Shown: positions 26,478 through 35,599 of the stretch, in pieces
How the letters are laid out: each line of letters starts with the position of its first letter
How positions within the stretch are numbered: position 1 is the first letter of the stretch
DNA from: Methanobacteriota archaeon
Lineage (GTDB): Archaea; Undinarchaeota; Undinarchaeia; Undinarchaeales; Undinarchaeaceae
Length of the DNA stretch: 48,036 bases
Reading direction: 5' to 3'
Assembly: GCA_002687935.1 (NCBI GenBank)
Contig: NZBN01000008.1
Coordinates: 1 to 48,036, forward strand
Translations under genes and position numbers: made by a program
The notes under the pieces: model-generated
Databases searched by the model: none
Told to the model about the DNA's origin: nothing
The model's input: only the letters and a program-made list of their open reading frames with translations

Positions 26478-29111
26478 ATGAATGATGAAAGTTCTGCCAT
26501 AGTTCTCTGGTTTGATTCTATTTCAAAGGGTGATATAGGGAAAGCTGGAGGCAAGGGAGCCAATCTTGGAGAGATAACATCTTTTGGACTTCCAGTTCCA
26601 CCGGGCTTCGTTGTAACTGCCCAAGCCTACGAACTGTTTCTGAAAGAGGCAAATATAGTCGTCGATATGAAGGATATTTTAAAGGACCTTGATGTGGATG
26701 ACACAGAAGCTCTAAACAAGGCTGCAACGGCGATAAAGGGGATGATAAAGAATGCCTCTATCTCAGACGAAATTTCAGGACCAATAAAGGAAGCCTATGA
26801 AAAAATGTCAAAGAAGACTGAAAAGGGGATAATACTTGCAGGAACTGGAGAAGAGGGAGAATTTGTTGCAGTAAGAAGTTCAGCAACCGCAGAAGATTTG
26901 CCTGATGCCAGCTTTGCAGGACAGCAAGCGACCTTCCTCAATATCAGAGGAAAGAAGGACCTCGTTCAGGCAGTCAAGGACTGCTGGGCATCACTATTTG
27001 AGCCGAGAGCAATATTTTACAGGGAACGAAAAGGATTCGAACACGAAAAAGTTCTTATGTCAGTCATTGTGCAGAAGATGGTGGATTCTGAGAGCGCAGG
27101 GGTCATGTTTACATCTAATCCAGTTACAAATGATGAATCTGAAATATCTATAGAGGCAGCATGGGGACTTGGAGAGGCCGTTGTAGCTGGCCAGGTGAAT
27201 CCAGACAGATATCTGATAGACAAGGAAACATTAGGTATAAAGAAAAAGGATGTGCCACGCAAGGACTTTATGTACATTCGTGATATTTCAACAGGAAAAA
27301 CCGTCAAAGAGAATCTGACTGAGGAAACAGGAAGTAAGCAAGTTCTAAAGGAGGAGGATATGCAGGAATTGGCTCGTTTTGGAAAGACCATAGAGGAGCA
27401 TTACAACTGGCCACAAGATATTGAATGGGCTATTGAGGACGACAAGATATACATACTTCAGACAAGGGCTGTTACCACACTAGGAGAAAGAGGAGGAGAT
27501 AAAGTTGAAGAACGGAGAAGTGAAACAGTCCAAGAAGCTGAAACAAGTGTCTCTACGCCGGTGAGTGAAGATGGACCAGTAATAGTTGAAGGTTTCGGAG
27601 CAAGCCCAGGAATAGGGGCAGGAAAGGTAGTTCTTGTACAAGACATATCTCAACTTTCGAATGTTGAAAAGGGAGCTATAATGGTGACAGAAATGACAAC
27701 ACCCGATATGGTTCCCGCAATGGAAAGGGCGGCGGCAATTGTCACGAACTCCGGAGGTTTGACCTGCCACGCTGCGATAGTTTCAAGAGAACTTGGAATT
27801 CCATGTATAGTTGGAACCAGCAATGCAACAGAAGTTCTGAAGAATGGACAACAAGTAACAGTTAATGCAAATGATGGAAAGGTTTACGAAGGAATTGTTA
27901 AAAAAATGATAGAAGAGGAGGAGGCAGTTTCAGAAGAGGAAGATGACGAACCAGTCCCTGAAACACGGACAAAGATATATATGAATTTGGGAGTTCCGAA
28001 AAGAGCTGAGGAGCTGGCAAAACTGCCTGTTGATGGAATTGGTCTGATGAGAGAGGAATTCATATTCGCGAGCTCAATAAGAGAGCATCCGCTCGCCATG
28101 ATAGAACGAGGAGAGGAGCAGAAATTTATAGATTTACTTTCAGATGAAATTGCAAAAGTTGCCAGAGCTTTCAGCCCGAGACCGGTGGTTTTGAGACTGT
28201 CGGATTTCAAAACAAATGAATACCGAGCATTGAAAGGCGGAGAAAAGTACGAGGAAAAGGAAGAGAACCCAATGATAGGTTGGAGAGGTTGTTCCAGATA
28301 TACTACTGAGGAATACGGTCCGGCATTCAGGCTTGAGTTAAAGGCAGTACAGAAAGTAAGAGAGGATATGGGTCTGAAAAACATCATCATAATGCTTCCC
28401 TTTGTAAGAACTCTTGATGATGTGAAAAAGGTGACTGCGCTAATGGAGGAAGAAGGTCTTCACAGAGGTCCTGACCTGAAACTGTGGATGATGGCAGAAG
28501 TCCCAAGTAATGTTATACTTGCAGACAAATTCGCTGAGCTCGTAGACGGCTTCTCTATCGGAAGTAATGATCTGACGCAGACTATTATGGGTGCGGACAG
28601 GGACTCTGAACTTCTTCAGAGACTTGGATATTTTGATGAAAGAAATGAAGCAGTGATGAGATCCATAGCAAGGCTGATTAAAGTAGGAAAAGAGAAGGGA
28701 ATAACGGTTTCGATATGTGGACAGGCTCCTTCAGTTTATCCTGAGTTTACGAAATTCCTAGTTGAAGAAGGAATAACATCAATAAGCGTAAATCACGATG
28801 TTGTGAAAAAGGTCAGGAGACTGGTGGCAAAGGTGGAAAGTGAACTCAGAGAAAGCATCCCGAAAGCAGAAAGTGCCCAAGAAGAACCAATCAGTGACAC
28901 CGCTGAGGCGGAGGAAATTGTGCCTGAAAGTGAACAGAAACCATCCGGAGAAGAAAGAGAAACTGAGAAAACAGAAGAGGCTCCAGTTGAATCATTTGAA
29001 GAAGAATCAGAAGATGAAAATGATGAGAAAGAAGATAGCACAAATCACTCTGAAGCAGAATCTGAGTATACTGAGCCGGAAGAGCACAGTGAGGGTCAGC
29101 AGACACTCTAG
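26478..29111 (+). CDS. ppsA: Phosphoenolpyruvate synthase with acidic C-terminal tail; start likely 26478 because the TATA lies only 4 nt before ATG 26454
   Basis: GGKGANLGE, VAVRSSATAEDLPDASFAGQQ, TCHAAIVSRELG (phospho-His), FSIGSNDLTQ, ICGQAPS. Confidence 0.97.
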   Translation: MNDESSAIVLWFDSISKGDIGKAGGKGANLGEITSFGLPVPPGFVVTAQAYELFLKEANIVVDMKDILKDLDVDDTEALNKAATAIKGMIKNASISDEISGPIKEAYEKMSKKTEKGIILAGTGEEGEFVAVRSSATAEDLPDASFAGQQATFLNIRGKKDLVQAVKDCWASLFEPRAIFYRERKGFEHEKVLMSVIVQKMVDSESAGVMFTSNPVTNDESEISIEAAWGLGEAVVAGQVNPDRYLIDKETLGIKKKDVPRKDFMYIRDISTGKTVKENLTEETGSKQVLKEEDMQELARFGKTIEEHYNWPQDIEWAIEDDKIYILQTRAVTTLGERGGDKVEERRSETVQEAETSVSTPVSEDGPVIVEGFGASPGIGAGKVVLVQDISQLSNVEKGAIMVTEMTTPDMVPAMERAAAIVTNSGGLTCHAAIVSRELGIPCIVGTSNATEVLKNGQQVTVNANDGKVYEGIVKKMIEEEEAVSEEEDDEPVPETRTKIYMNLGVPKRAEELAKLPVDGIGLMREEFIFASSIREHPLAMIERGEEQKFIDLLSDEIAKVARAFSPRPVVLRLSDFKTNEYRALKGGEKYEEKEENPMIGWRGCSRYTTEEYGPAFRLELKAVQKVREDMGLKNIIIMLPFVRTLDDVKKVTALMEEEGLHRGPDLKLWMMAEVPSNVILADKFAELVDGFSIGSNDLTQTIMGADRDSELLQRLGYFDERNEAVMRSIARLIKVGKEKGITVSICGQAPSVYPEFTKFLVEEGITSISVNHDVVKKVRRLVAKVESELRESIPKAESAQEEPISDTAEAEEIVPESEQKPSGEERETEKTEEAPVESFEEESEDENDEKEDSTNHSEAESEYTEPEEHSEGQQTL

Positions 29112-29602
29112 GAAATTAGTTTATCTTTGTATTTCAACGCAAGCCAGCCTATGCCATATCCAAGAAGTGCTCCGAAAATAACATCCAAAGGATAGTGGTA
29201 TCCGAGGTAAATCCTGCTTACACCAACAAGTGCCGCAAGTGAATATAGAATCCAAGCACGATTCTTCATTTGCACAGACAAAATAGAGGCTGCAAAAAAT
29301 GCTCTTGAACTGTGTCCGCTGGGGAAAGATGTTGCTATTTCCGACAAAGGTCTTAGTCTACCTATAGAAATTTTAAGAAATCCTGTAAGGATTTCGCTAA
29401 CGATGAGTCCAAGAAGAAGGAGTTTGAAATATTTCTTTTCTTTTCCATCGTAATAGTAGACAATCGGGACTACTATAAGCCATAACCAGAAATCTGCCAA
29501 GTGACTCACTGCCGAAAAGAAAAAATCAGGAAGCGTGCTACCGGATAAACTATAAATATAAAGGAACAGGCTCTTATCAAACGCAATAAGCTCTTCTAAC
29601 AT
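29108..29602 (-). CDS. PAP2-family membrane phosphatase
   Basis: KISIGRLRP, SFPSGHS, SRIYLGYHYPLDV. Confidence 0.92.
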   Translation of the reverse strand: MLEELIAFDKSLFLYIYSLSGSTLPDFFFSAVSHLADFWLWLIVVPIVYYYDGKEKKYFKLLLLGLIVSEILTGFLKISIGRLRPLSEIATSFPSGHSSRAFFAASILSVQMKNRAWILYSLAALVGVSRIYLGYHYPLDVIFGALLGYGIGWLALKYKDKLIS

Positions 29603-29628
29603 AGCTTGTATTTGAAGAGGTAATATAA

Positions 29629-30606
29629 ATGTTTGAGGAATATTCCGACGAAATAAAGGAGAAGAAAGCTAAGAGAATAGCGATACAGCTACCCAGCGGA
29701 CTTAAGAGGAAGACACCGGAAATACTTTCAGAACTGAAAACGATTGTTGGTGACGGAGTTGAACTTCTTGTTCTTGGAGATACTGCATACGGAGCCTGCG
29801 ATTTGAGAGATATAGAAGCAGAGAAAATCGGGGCTGACCTTATGATTCATTTTGGACACGCCTCTTTCAGAGTCAAGGAAGCAGTCCCTACAGTCTACGT
29901 TGAATTTTTCTCTGAGCAGGATATAGGACCAATAGTTGAGAAAGCAGCTAAGGAGATTAATGAGAATACGATAGGACTGCTTTCCGTTGTTCAATTTTCA
30001 AAGCAGATTGAAAAGGCCAAGGAAATTCTTGAGAAAACAGGAAAGAAAGTAATAATTGGACAATCGCGATCAAGATCAAAGCACGCTGGGCAGGTACTTG
30101 GATGCGATTTCACAGCAGGAACCAGTATGGAGAAGGATGTTGACTGCTTTTTGTATATAGGAACTGGGAATTTTCATCCAGGAGGCGTTGCAATGGGAAC
30201 TGAGAAAATAGTTTATGTTGCAGACCCTGAGCGGGAAGAGATACGAGATATGAATGAACTTAAAGACAAACTTTTGAGAGTACGATTTGCCAAAATTGAA
30301 GCAGCGAAGAAAGCTAAGCGATTCGGAATTATAGTAAGCCCGAAAGGAGGTCAAAACAGACTCCCTTATGCGAGAAAAATTGCAAGCCTTCTTAAAACTG
30401 CAGGAAAGGAGGCATTCATAGTTGTTGTTGATGAAATAACACCTCACAAACTGGATGAATTTATGTTCGACTATTGGGTATGCACTGCATGCTCCCGTAT
30501 AGCATATGATGATGAAGCAGTGTATAAGAAAATGATAACGCCACAGGAGGCAGAAATAGTTGCCGGAAGCAGAGAGTGGAAGGACTACGTAGTTGACCAC
30601 TTTTAG
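29629..30606 (+). CDS. dph2: Diphthamide biosynthesis protein Dph2
   Basis: IQLPSGLK, YGACD, HFGH, GQVLGCD, CTACSRI (three cluster Cys). Confidence 0.95.
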   Translation: MFEEYSDEIKEKKAKRIAIQLPSGLKRKTPEILSELKTIVGDGVELLVLGDTAYGACDLRDIEAEKIGADLMIHFGHASFRVKEAVPTVYVEFFSEQDIGPIVEKAAKEINENTIGLLSVVQFSKQIEKAKEILEKTGKKVIIGQSRSRSKHAGQVLGCDFTAGTSMEKDVDCFLYIGTGNFHPGGVAMGTEKIVYVADPEREEIRDMNELKDKLLRVRFAKIEAAKKAKRFGIIVSPKGGQNRLPYARKIASLLKTAGKEAFIVVVDEITPHKLDEFMFDYWVCTACSRIAYDDEAVYKKMITPQEAEIVAGSREWKDYVVDHF

Positions 30607-30678
30607 ACTAGTACTTGGATAATAGCTCAATCTTATTTTTGAAAACTATTTAAAGCATATAAGTTATAAAAGACAGCC

Positions 30679-30951
30679 ATGGAACTTAATATTATAAAAG
30701 AAGAAAAGGACATGCTGCAAGTCGAGTTAGTCGGAGAAACACATACTCTTGCAAATATCCTTAAAGAGGAGCTTTACGAGGACCCGAAGGTCAAGGGAGC
30801 TGCTTATGTAAAAGAGGATTCTCTTACATCAAATCCGAGGATTGTTATAAGAACTTCTGGAAAGAAGCCAATGACAGCTCTAAAGGATGCTGCAAAGAGA
30901 ATTCAAAAACAGACGGATGACTTCGTCTCAAAATTTGAAAGGGCTAATTAA
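30679..30951 (+). CDS. rpoL: RNA polymerase subunit L (Rpo11)
   Basis: ELVGETHTLANILKEEL..DPKV..AAY, divergent at the usual HPL (EDSL). Confidence 0.92.
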   Translation: MELNIIKEEKDMLQVELVGETHTLANILKEELYEDPKVKGAAYVKEDSLTSNPRIVIRTSGKKPMTALKDAAKRIQKQTDDFVSKFERAN

Positions 30952-30983
30952 GCACTTTTCACATTCTATGTTATGAGGCTGTA

Positions 30984-31502
30984 ATGGACAGAAAAGAGGT
31001 AGCAGAAACTATATTGTACATGTTTTTTGGTTTTGTTATAGCTGTACTTGGGCATGCGGCTCTCGGCTATGCCCTGGAAACTGATTATCCGGTTGTCTCT
31101 GTTGTTTCAGAGAGTATGGAGCATGACGATGTCAGAACTTACAGAGAGTGGTTTACAGACAGAAATTTTGATGAAACTGAACTAGAAAAATGGCCCTTTT
31201 CTAAAGGAATGAACAAAGGAGATTTGGTATTAGTTAAGGGCTCAGTCATAAACGAGCTTGAGGCAGGAGATGTAATTGTATATAGAGTCGGTGGAGGAAA
31301 ACCAATTATACACAGAATTGTATGGATAAATGATTCAAGGATATATACGAAGGGAGATAACAATAAAAATACAGACCAAGAAGGAGTTCATCTTGCCCCA
31401 CCAATACAGGACCAGCATGTACAAGGAAGAGCGGTATTTAGAGTTCCCTTGCTTGGTTGGATAAAAATAGCATTTATGAATATTACGGGGTTGTTTGGAT
31501 GA
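30984..31502 (+). CDS. sec11: Signal peptidase I, archaeal/Sec11 type
   Basis: N-terminal TM, VVSESME (Ser), IIHRIV (His), TKGDNN. Confidence 0.9.
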   Translation: MDRKEVAETILYMFFGFVIAVLGHAALGYALETDYPVVSVVSESMEHDDVRTYREWFTDRNFDETELEKWPFSKGMNKGDLVLVKGSVINELEAGDVIVYRVGGGKPIIHRIVWINDSRIYTKGDNNKNTDQEGVHLAPPIQDQHVQGRAVFRVPLLGWIKIAFMNITGLFG

Positions 31503-31810
31503 AGTTTTGTGAAAAATGTGGAAGTCTTATGAAGCCAAATGAAAGTGGAAGCTCTTTTGAATGCGACTGCGGACATAGTGAAGGTGCAGGAAATGAGCAT
31601 GTGACGACAGAGAAAATTGAAAGAGAGGTTCCCGATATTGTTGTAAAGGAGGAAGGAGATAAAGTGCTTCTTCCTGAGACAGAGGCAGACTGTGAATGTG
31701 GAAACAAGAAAGCCTACTATTGGATAGAACAGACAAGAAGCGCTGACGAAGCACCAACACGATTTTACAGGTGCACAAAGTGTATGCATACTTGGAGAGA
31801 ATACTCCTAA
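31499..31810 (+). CDS. tfs: Transcription factor S; start reassigned to ATG 31499
   Basis: MKFCEKCGSLM, QTRSADEAPTRFYRCTKC with the acidic DE hairpin. Confidence 0.95.
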   Translation: MKFCEKCGSLMKPNESGSSFECDCGHSEGAGNEHVTTEKIEREVPDIVVKEEGDKVLLPETEADCECGNKKAYYWIEQTRSADEAPTRFYRCTKCMHTWREYS

Positions 31811-31864
31811 TCCAGTAAATTTATAAGACAGCCGGCTTTAGCACTCAGGTAAAGGAGGTGCAAA

Positions 31865-32062
31865 ATGGCAATAAAACACGGAAAAGTCTGGGAATCTTTG
31901 CTTGTCGCAGGCTCCATAATTTTCGCATTTGGAATTATATGGGGAGCTCTACTTCTGGCAAAGGAATTTACAGAGGCACAGGGAGCGCTTGTTCTCATAA
32001 TAATAGGAACAATCTTATTGATTCTTTCTGAGACAAGTCTTCTCTCAAAGGGAAAGAAATAA
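31865..32062 (+). CDS. Small two-TM membrane protein
   Basis: Strong SD AAGGAGGTG; two hydrophobic helices. Confidence 0.65.
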   Translation: MAIKHGKVWESLLVAGSIIFAFGIIWGALLLAKEFTEAQGALVLIIIGTILLILSETSLLSKGKK

Positions 32063-32082
32063 AAGATTAAAACTCCAAGCTG

Positions 32083-32430
32083 GTGCTTATGGAAAAATTA
32101 AGAAGGGCGCCAGCTCTGGAGAGATTTGTTAAGGACATACGTCCTGAAGATATCAGAGTTCGTGTTGTAGGAATTGTATCTGACAAAGGAGACGATTCAT
32201 TTATGCTTGAAGATGAGACAGGGAAAATTCTTGTAAAATCTGCAAGTGGTTTGTCATTTGAAAATGGGAGTAAAGTCCGCATCTTTGGAAGACCAGCTAC
32301 AGCAGAACAGGGCATTATATTGGAATTTGAAATTGCTCAGGATATGAAACTTCTTAATCAAAAACTATATAAGAAAACCGCCACTTTAAATCAAAATAAG
32401 GACACTGATGGAAACCAAAATAATCCTTAA
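32083..32430 (+). CDS. Single OB-fold protein, RPA small-subunit (RPA14/RPA3)-like
   Basis: RRAPA...DIRVRVVGIV...LEDETGKI.V...VRIFG...EIAQDM. Confidence 0.7.
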   Translation: MLMEKLRRAPALERFVKDIRPEDIRVRVVGIVSDKGDDSFMLEDETGKILVKSASGLSFENGSKVRIFGRPATAEQGIILEFEIAQDMKLLNQKLYKKTATLNQNKDTDGNQNNP

Positions 32431-32671
32431 AACCGCATTGATAGCACTAGTTGTGTTTGTTGCAATAATCTCTGTTGCAGAAGCACGAAGAGGCGCAGCT
32501 GATGAGGATGCAGAGAACTGCATTCTTAAGCCTGAAACAGGACTCAGTATCGCTTCAGTAACTGGAGGCTTTGCCTACATATTTGCAGGCGGAGCAAGTC
32601 CACTAATAATACTTGCTGTTGCATTCATTGTTGGTTTTATATCATCACACTTCATATGGCACGGATTCTAG
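32408..32671 (+). CDS. Small exported/membrane protein (signal peptide plus hydrophobic hairpin)
   Basis: Hydrophobic N-terminus ending in AEA, then two C-terminal hydrophobic segments. Confidence 0.6.
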   Translation: METKIILKTALIALVVFVAIISVAEARRGAADEDAENCILKPETGLSIASVTGGFAYIFAGGASPLIILAVAFIVGFISSHFIWHGF

Positions 32672-32716
32672 GGAATCTTATGACTTTATGAGAAATAGAA
32701 AGAGTGGGAACAGTAG

Positions 32717-33463
32717 ATGGCATTTAAATTTATATTAGACGAACCGGACCTTTTGAAAGAGTGCGTAATAGCCGCATCAAGTATGCTCAATGAGGCACTT
32801 CTTTCAGTCGACAGTAATGGAGTCAGCCTTGTGAGTATGGACTCAGCAAATGTTGCTCTTGTAGAATTTAATATTCTTGCAGGAGCATTCAGAGAACTGG
32901 AAGCTTCTGAAAAAACTGGATTTGGTGTCAATATGACAGACCTTGTTTCTGTAATGCGAAGAATAAAATCTACAGAAAGTCTTGAAATGTCTATGAATGA
33001 CGGCATGCTATCTATGAAGATATTTGGAAATGCAAAAAGAGCCTTTCAGATACCTCTGATAGATGTGAAGAAAGAGACTAAAATCCCGCAGCTGGACTTT
33101 CCTGCAAGTATTGAGATAAAGGCCAGCTTCCTTGAGGACGGAATAAGCGATGCAGAAATAATTTCAGATGCAGTTATACTGGAAGCCGACCCTGACTCAT
33201 TCACAATCCGCTCGAGAGGAGATAACAGAACTGCCGAACTCAAGATGCAGAAAGGGGAAGACGGAATAGTTAGTTTGGAGGCAAAGGACCACGTTAAATC
33301 AACCTTCTCCCTGGATTATTTAAAGAAAATGATAAAAGCATCAAAGATATCTGATGTTGCCAGTGTAAGAATTGGAAATGATTATCCTCTGAGAATGACC
33401 TTCACAGTAATAGACAAAGCCCATATAGGATTTGTTCTTGCTCCAAGAATAGAGAATGACTGA
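32717..33463 (+). CDS. pcn: PCNA sliding clamp
   Basis: SMDSANVALV, STFSLDYLKKMIKA, GNDYPL, FVLAPRIE. Confidence 0.97.
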   Translation: MAFKFILDEPDLLKECVIAASSMLNEALLSVDSNGVSLVSMDSANVALVEFNILAGAFRELEASEKTGFGVNMTDLVSVMRRIKSTESLEMSMNDGMLSMKIFGNAKRAFQIPLIDVKKETKIPQLDFPASIEIKASFLEDGISDAEIISDAVILEADPDSFTIRSRGDNRTAELKMQKGEDGIVSLEAKDHVKSTFSLDYLKKMIKASKISDVASVRIGNDYPLRMTFTVIDKAHIGFVLAPRIEND

Positions 33464-33531
33464 AATATTGTCAATATTTTTTCTGAAAACCGAGCGATAC
33501 CTTTATAATTAAAAACGAATTACAAGCTCTG

Positions 33532-34386
33532 ATGAGTAAAAAAAAAGATTTTAGTTTCTATTACAGTATAGCGCTTTTATCACTGCTCGCTCTAATTATT
33601 TTTATGCAACCGCAGGCAGGAGAAACAATTCCTGACCTTGATGAAGTTACAAGTGTGGAAGGTGTGATTGTTAACGGGGAAGCAGTTCAGGAAATTGAAA
33701 TTCAGGAAGAACTTGTTGAGATTGTAAAATTCGAAGGAACTTTACAGGAAACAACCTGTAATATTGATGCAGGATGGCCTGCGCATTGCCCGATAAAAAA
33801 AGGAAGTAGAGAATTTAGAACCTGTTGGATTGAATCAACAAGTGGAAGTTCTGACCTTTTCGCAAATATAGGATGCGGGGCGATGACCATTCACGCAGAA
33901 TTTAAGCAGATGGCATCAATGGCAACATCAAGAGAAGCCCGGCTTGTTCTTCTGCCCGGACCAAATATAACAGCAAGATATCTTCTGTCTCTTGATATGA
34001 GAATAAACGGTCTTCCGACAACGGAAGCCGACGACCAAGGTCTTGTTATTAATGTTGAGGAAGTGCAGAATCATAGAAAAATTGTGATAAGTGTTTCTGA
34101 GGGGAAAATATGTGTGAGAGAATCCGCTGAGGAATGTGTAGAGAGTTCTGAAGTTATAGAAGCAACACAACCCGGGAGAAATAAGTGGGAAATTGTAGGA
34201 GAAGATTCTGACCTAAGAATATATGTTGATAACTCATTGATTGCAGAGTTCTCGGAACTTACACTTCTGTCCTACCAGCAAAGTGGAAACCTGCTGTCAA
34301 TATATGCCAGGCTGAATCCGGACGATATGAGTGGGAGCGTCTTGGATGTTGAAATTAGAGAGGCTGAATTTTACAATATAATATAA
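33532..34386 (+). CDS. Membrane-anchored exported beta-rich protein, possibly ConA/LamG-like fold
   Basis: N-terminal TM; KWEIVGEDSDLRIYVDNSLI resembles the ConA-like C-terminal strands; TTTATAA 23 nt upstream. Confidence 0.45.
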   Translation: MSKKKDFSFYYSIALLSLLALIIFMQPQAGETIPDLDEVTSVEGVIVNGEAVQEIEIQEELVEIVKFEGTLQETTCNIDAGWPAHCPIKKGSREFRTCWIESTSGSSDLFANIGCGAMTIHAEFKQMASMATSREARLVLLPGPNITARYLLSLDMRINGLPTTEADDQGLVINVEEVQNHRKIVISVSEGKICVRESAEECVESSEVIEATQPGRNKWEIVGEDSDLRIYVDNSLIAEFSELTLLSYQQSGNLLSIYARLNPDDMSGSVLDVEIREAEFYNII

Positions 34387-34468
34387 AAGTTTTTTAGAAT
34401 TCCATATAAGTAGTCGGAGCAAGCTATTTAAAGAATACAGGAAAAGAAAGGAAGAGTGGGAGAAAAGT

Positions 34469-35569
34469 ATGGTAGAAAAAACAACACTTTCAGTAATAAA
34501 GGCAGATGTAGGAAGCGTCCCAGGGCATGTAGTAGCACCGCCGGAACTTTTGGAAGAATGTGAAACCATTCTCAATAAAGGACTTTCAGAGAACACAATA
34601 AATGATTTTTATATAACACGGTGCGGAGACGATATTCAGTTAATAATGACGCACTTTAATGGAGAAGATAACAAAGATGTTCATAAACTTGCATATGATG
34701 CCTTTGTATCTGCAACAAACAAAGCAAAGGAAATGAAACTTTATGGTGCAGGACAGGACCTTCTGAAAGACACTTTCTCAGGAAATGTTAAGGGAATGGG
34801 ACCTGGTGTTGCTGAGATGGAATTTGAGGAAAGACCTTCTGACCCCGTAATAGTTTTCGCAGCAGACAAGACAGACCCCGGAGCTTTCAGCCTTCCATTC
34901 TACAGGATGTTTGCAGACCCTTTCTGCACACCCGGACTAACAATTGACCCGACACTCCAGGACGGATTCAGTTTTGAAATTCACGACATTAAAGAAAGTA
35001 GGAAAATAACGCTAGACGCTCCTGAAGATACCTACAAACTTCTCGCATTTATAGGCTCAACCGGAAGATACCTCATAAAGAGAGTATACAGGCGCTCAGA
35101 CGGAGAAATTGCAGCTGCGCTTTCCACTGAAAAATTGGCACATATAGCCGGAAAATATGTAGGCAAGGATGACCCAGTTGCGATAGTTCGCTGCCAGTCA
35201 GGTTTTCCAAGCGTTGGAGAAGCTCTTGAGCCATTTGCCTTCCCGCACCTTGTTTCAGGTTGGATGAGGGGCTCGCACAGAGGTCCTTTTATGCCGGTTT
35301 CGCAAGAAGACGCGAGAAATTCCAGACTTGACGGACCTCCACGAGTAATAGCTCTCGGATTCCAGATAAATAAAGGAACACTAGTAGGACCAGAAGACCT
35401 GTTCAATGATATAGCATATGACAGAACACGTGAAAAGGCACATGAAGTTGCAGATTATATGAGAGGACACGGTCCATTTGAACCGCACAGACTTGGAGAA
35501 GAGGAAATGGAATACACAAGCCTTCCGAAAATCCTTAAATCACTGGAATCTAAGTTTAAGAAGATTTAA
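34469..35569 (+). CDS. fbp: Fructose-1,6-bisphosphate aldolase/phosphatase (class V)
   Basis: TTLSVIKADVGS..GH, LYGAGQDLL, GPGVAEM, YVGKDDPV, GWMRGSH, MEYT. Confidence 0.97.
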   Translation: MVEKTTLSVIKADVGSVPGHVVAPPELLEECETILNKGLSENTINDFYITRCGDDIQLIMTHFNGEDNKDVHKLAYDAFVSATNKAKEMKLYGAGQDLLKDTFSGNVKGMGPGVAEMEFEERPSDPVIVFAADKTDPGAFSLPFYRMFADPFCTPGLTIDPTLQDGFSFEIHDIKESRKITLDAPEDTYKLLAFIGSTGRYLIKRVYRRSDGEIAAALSTEKLAHIAGKYVGKDDPVAIVRCQSGFPSVGEALEPFAFPHLVSGWMRGSHRGPFMPVSQEDARNSRLDGPPRVIALGFQINKGTLVGPEDLFNDIAYDRTREKAHEVADYMRGHGPFEPHRLGEEEMEYTSLPKILKSLESKFKKI

Positions 35570-35599
35570 GAACAGGTCGAAACAATACTTTTTGGGAGA

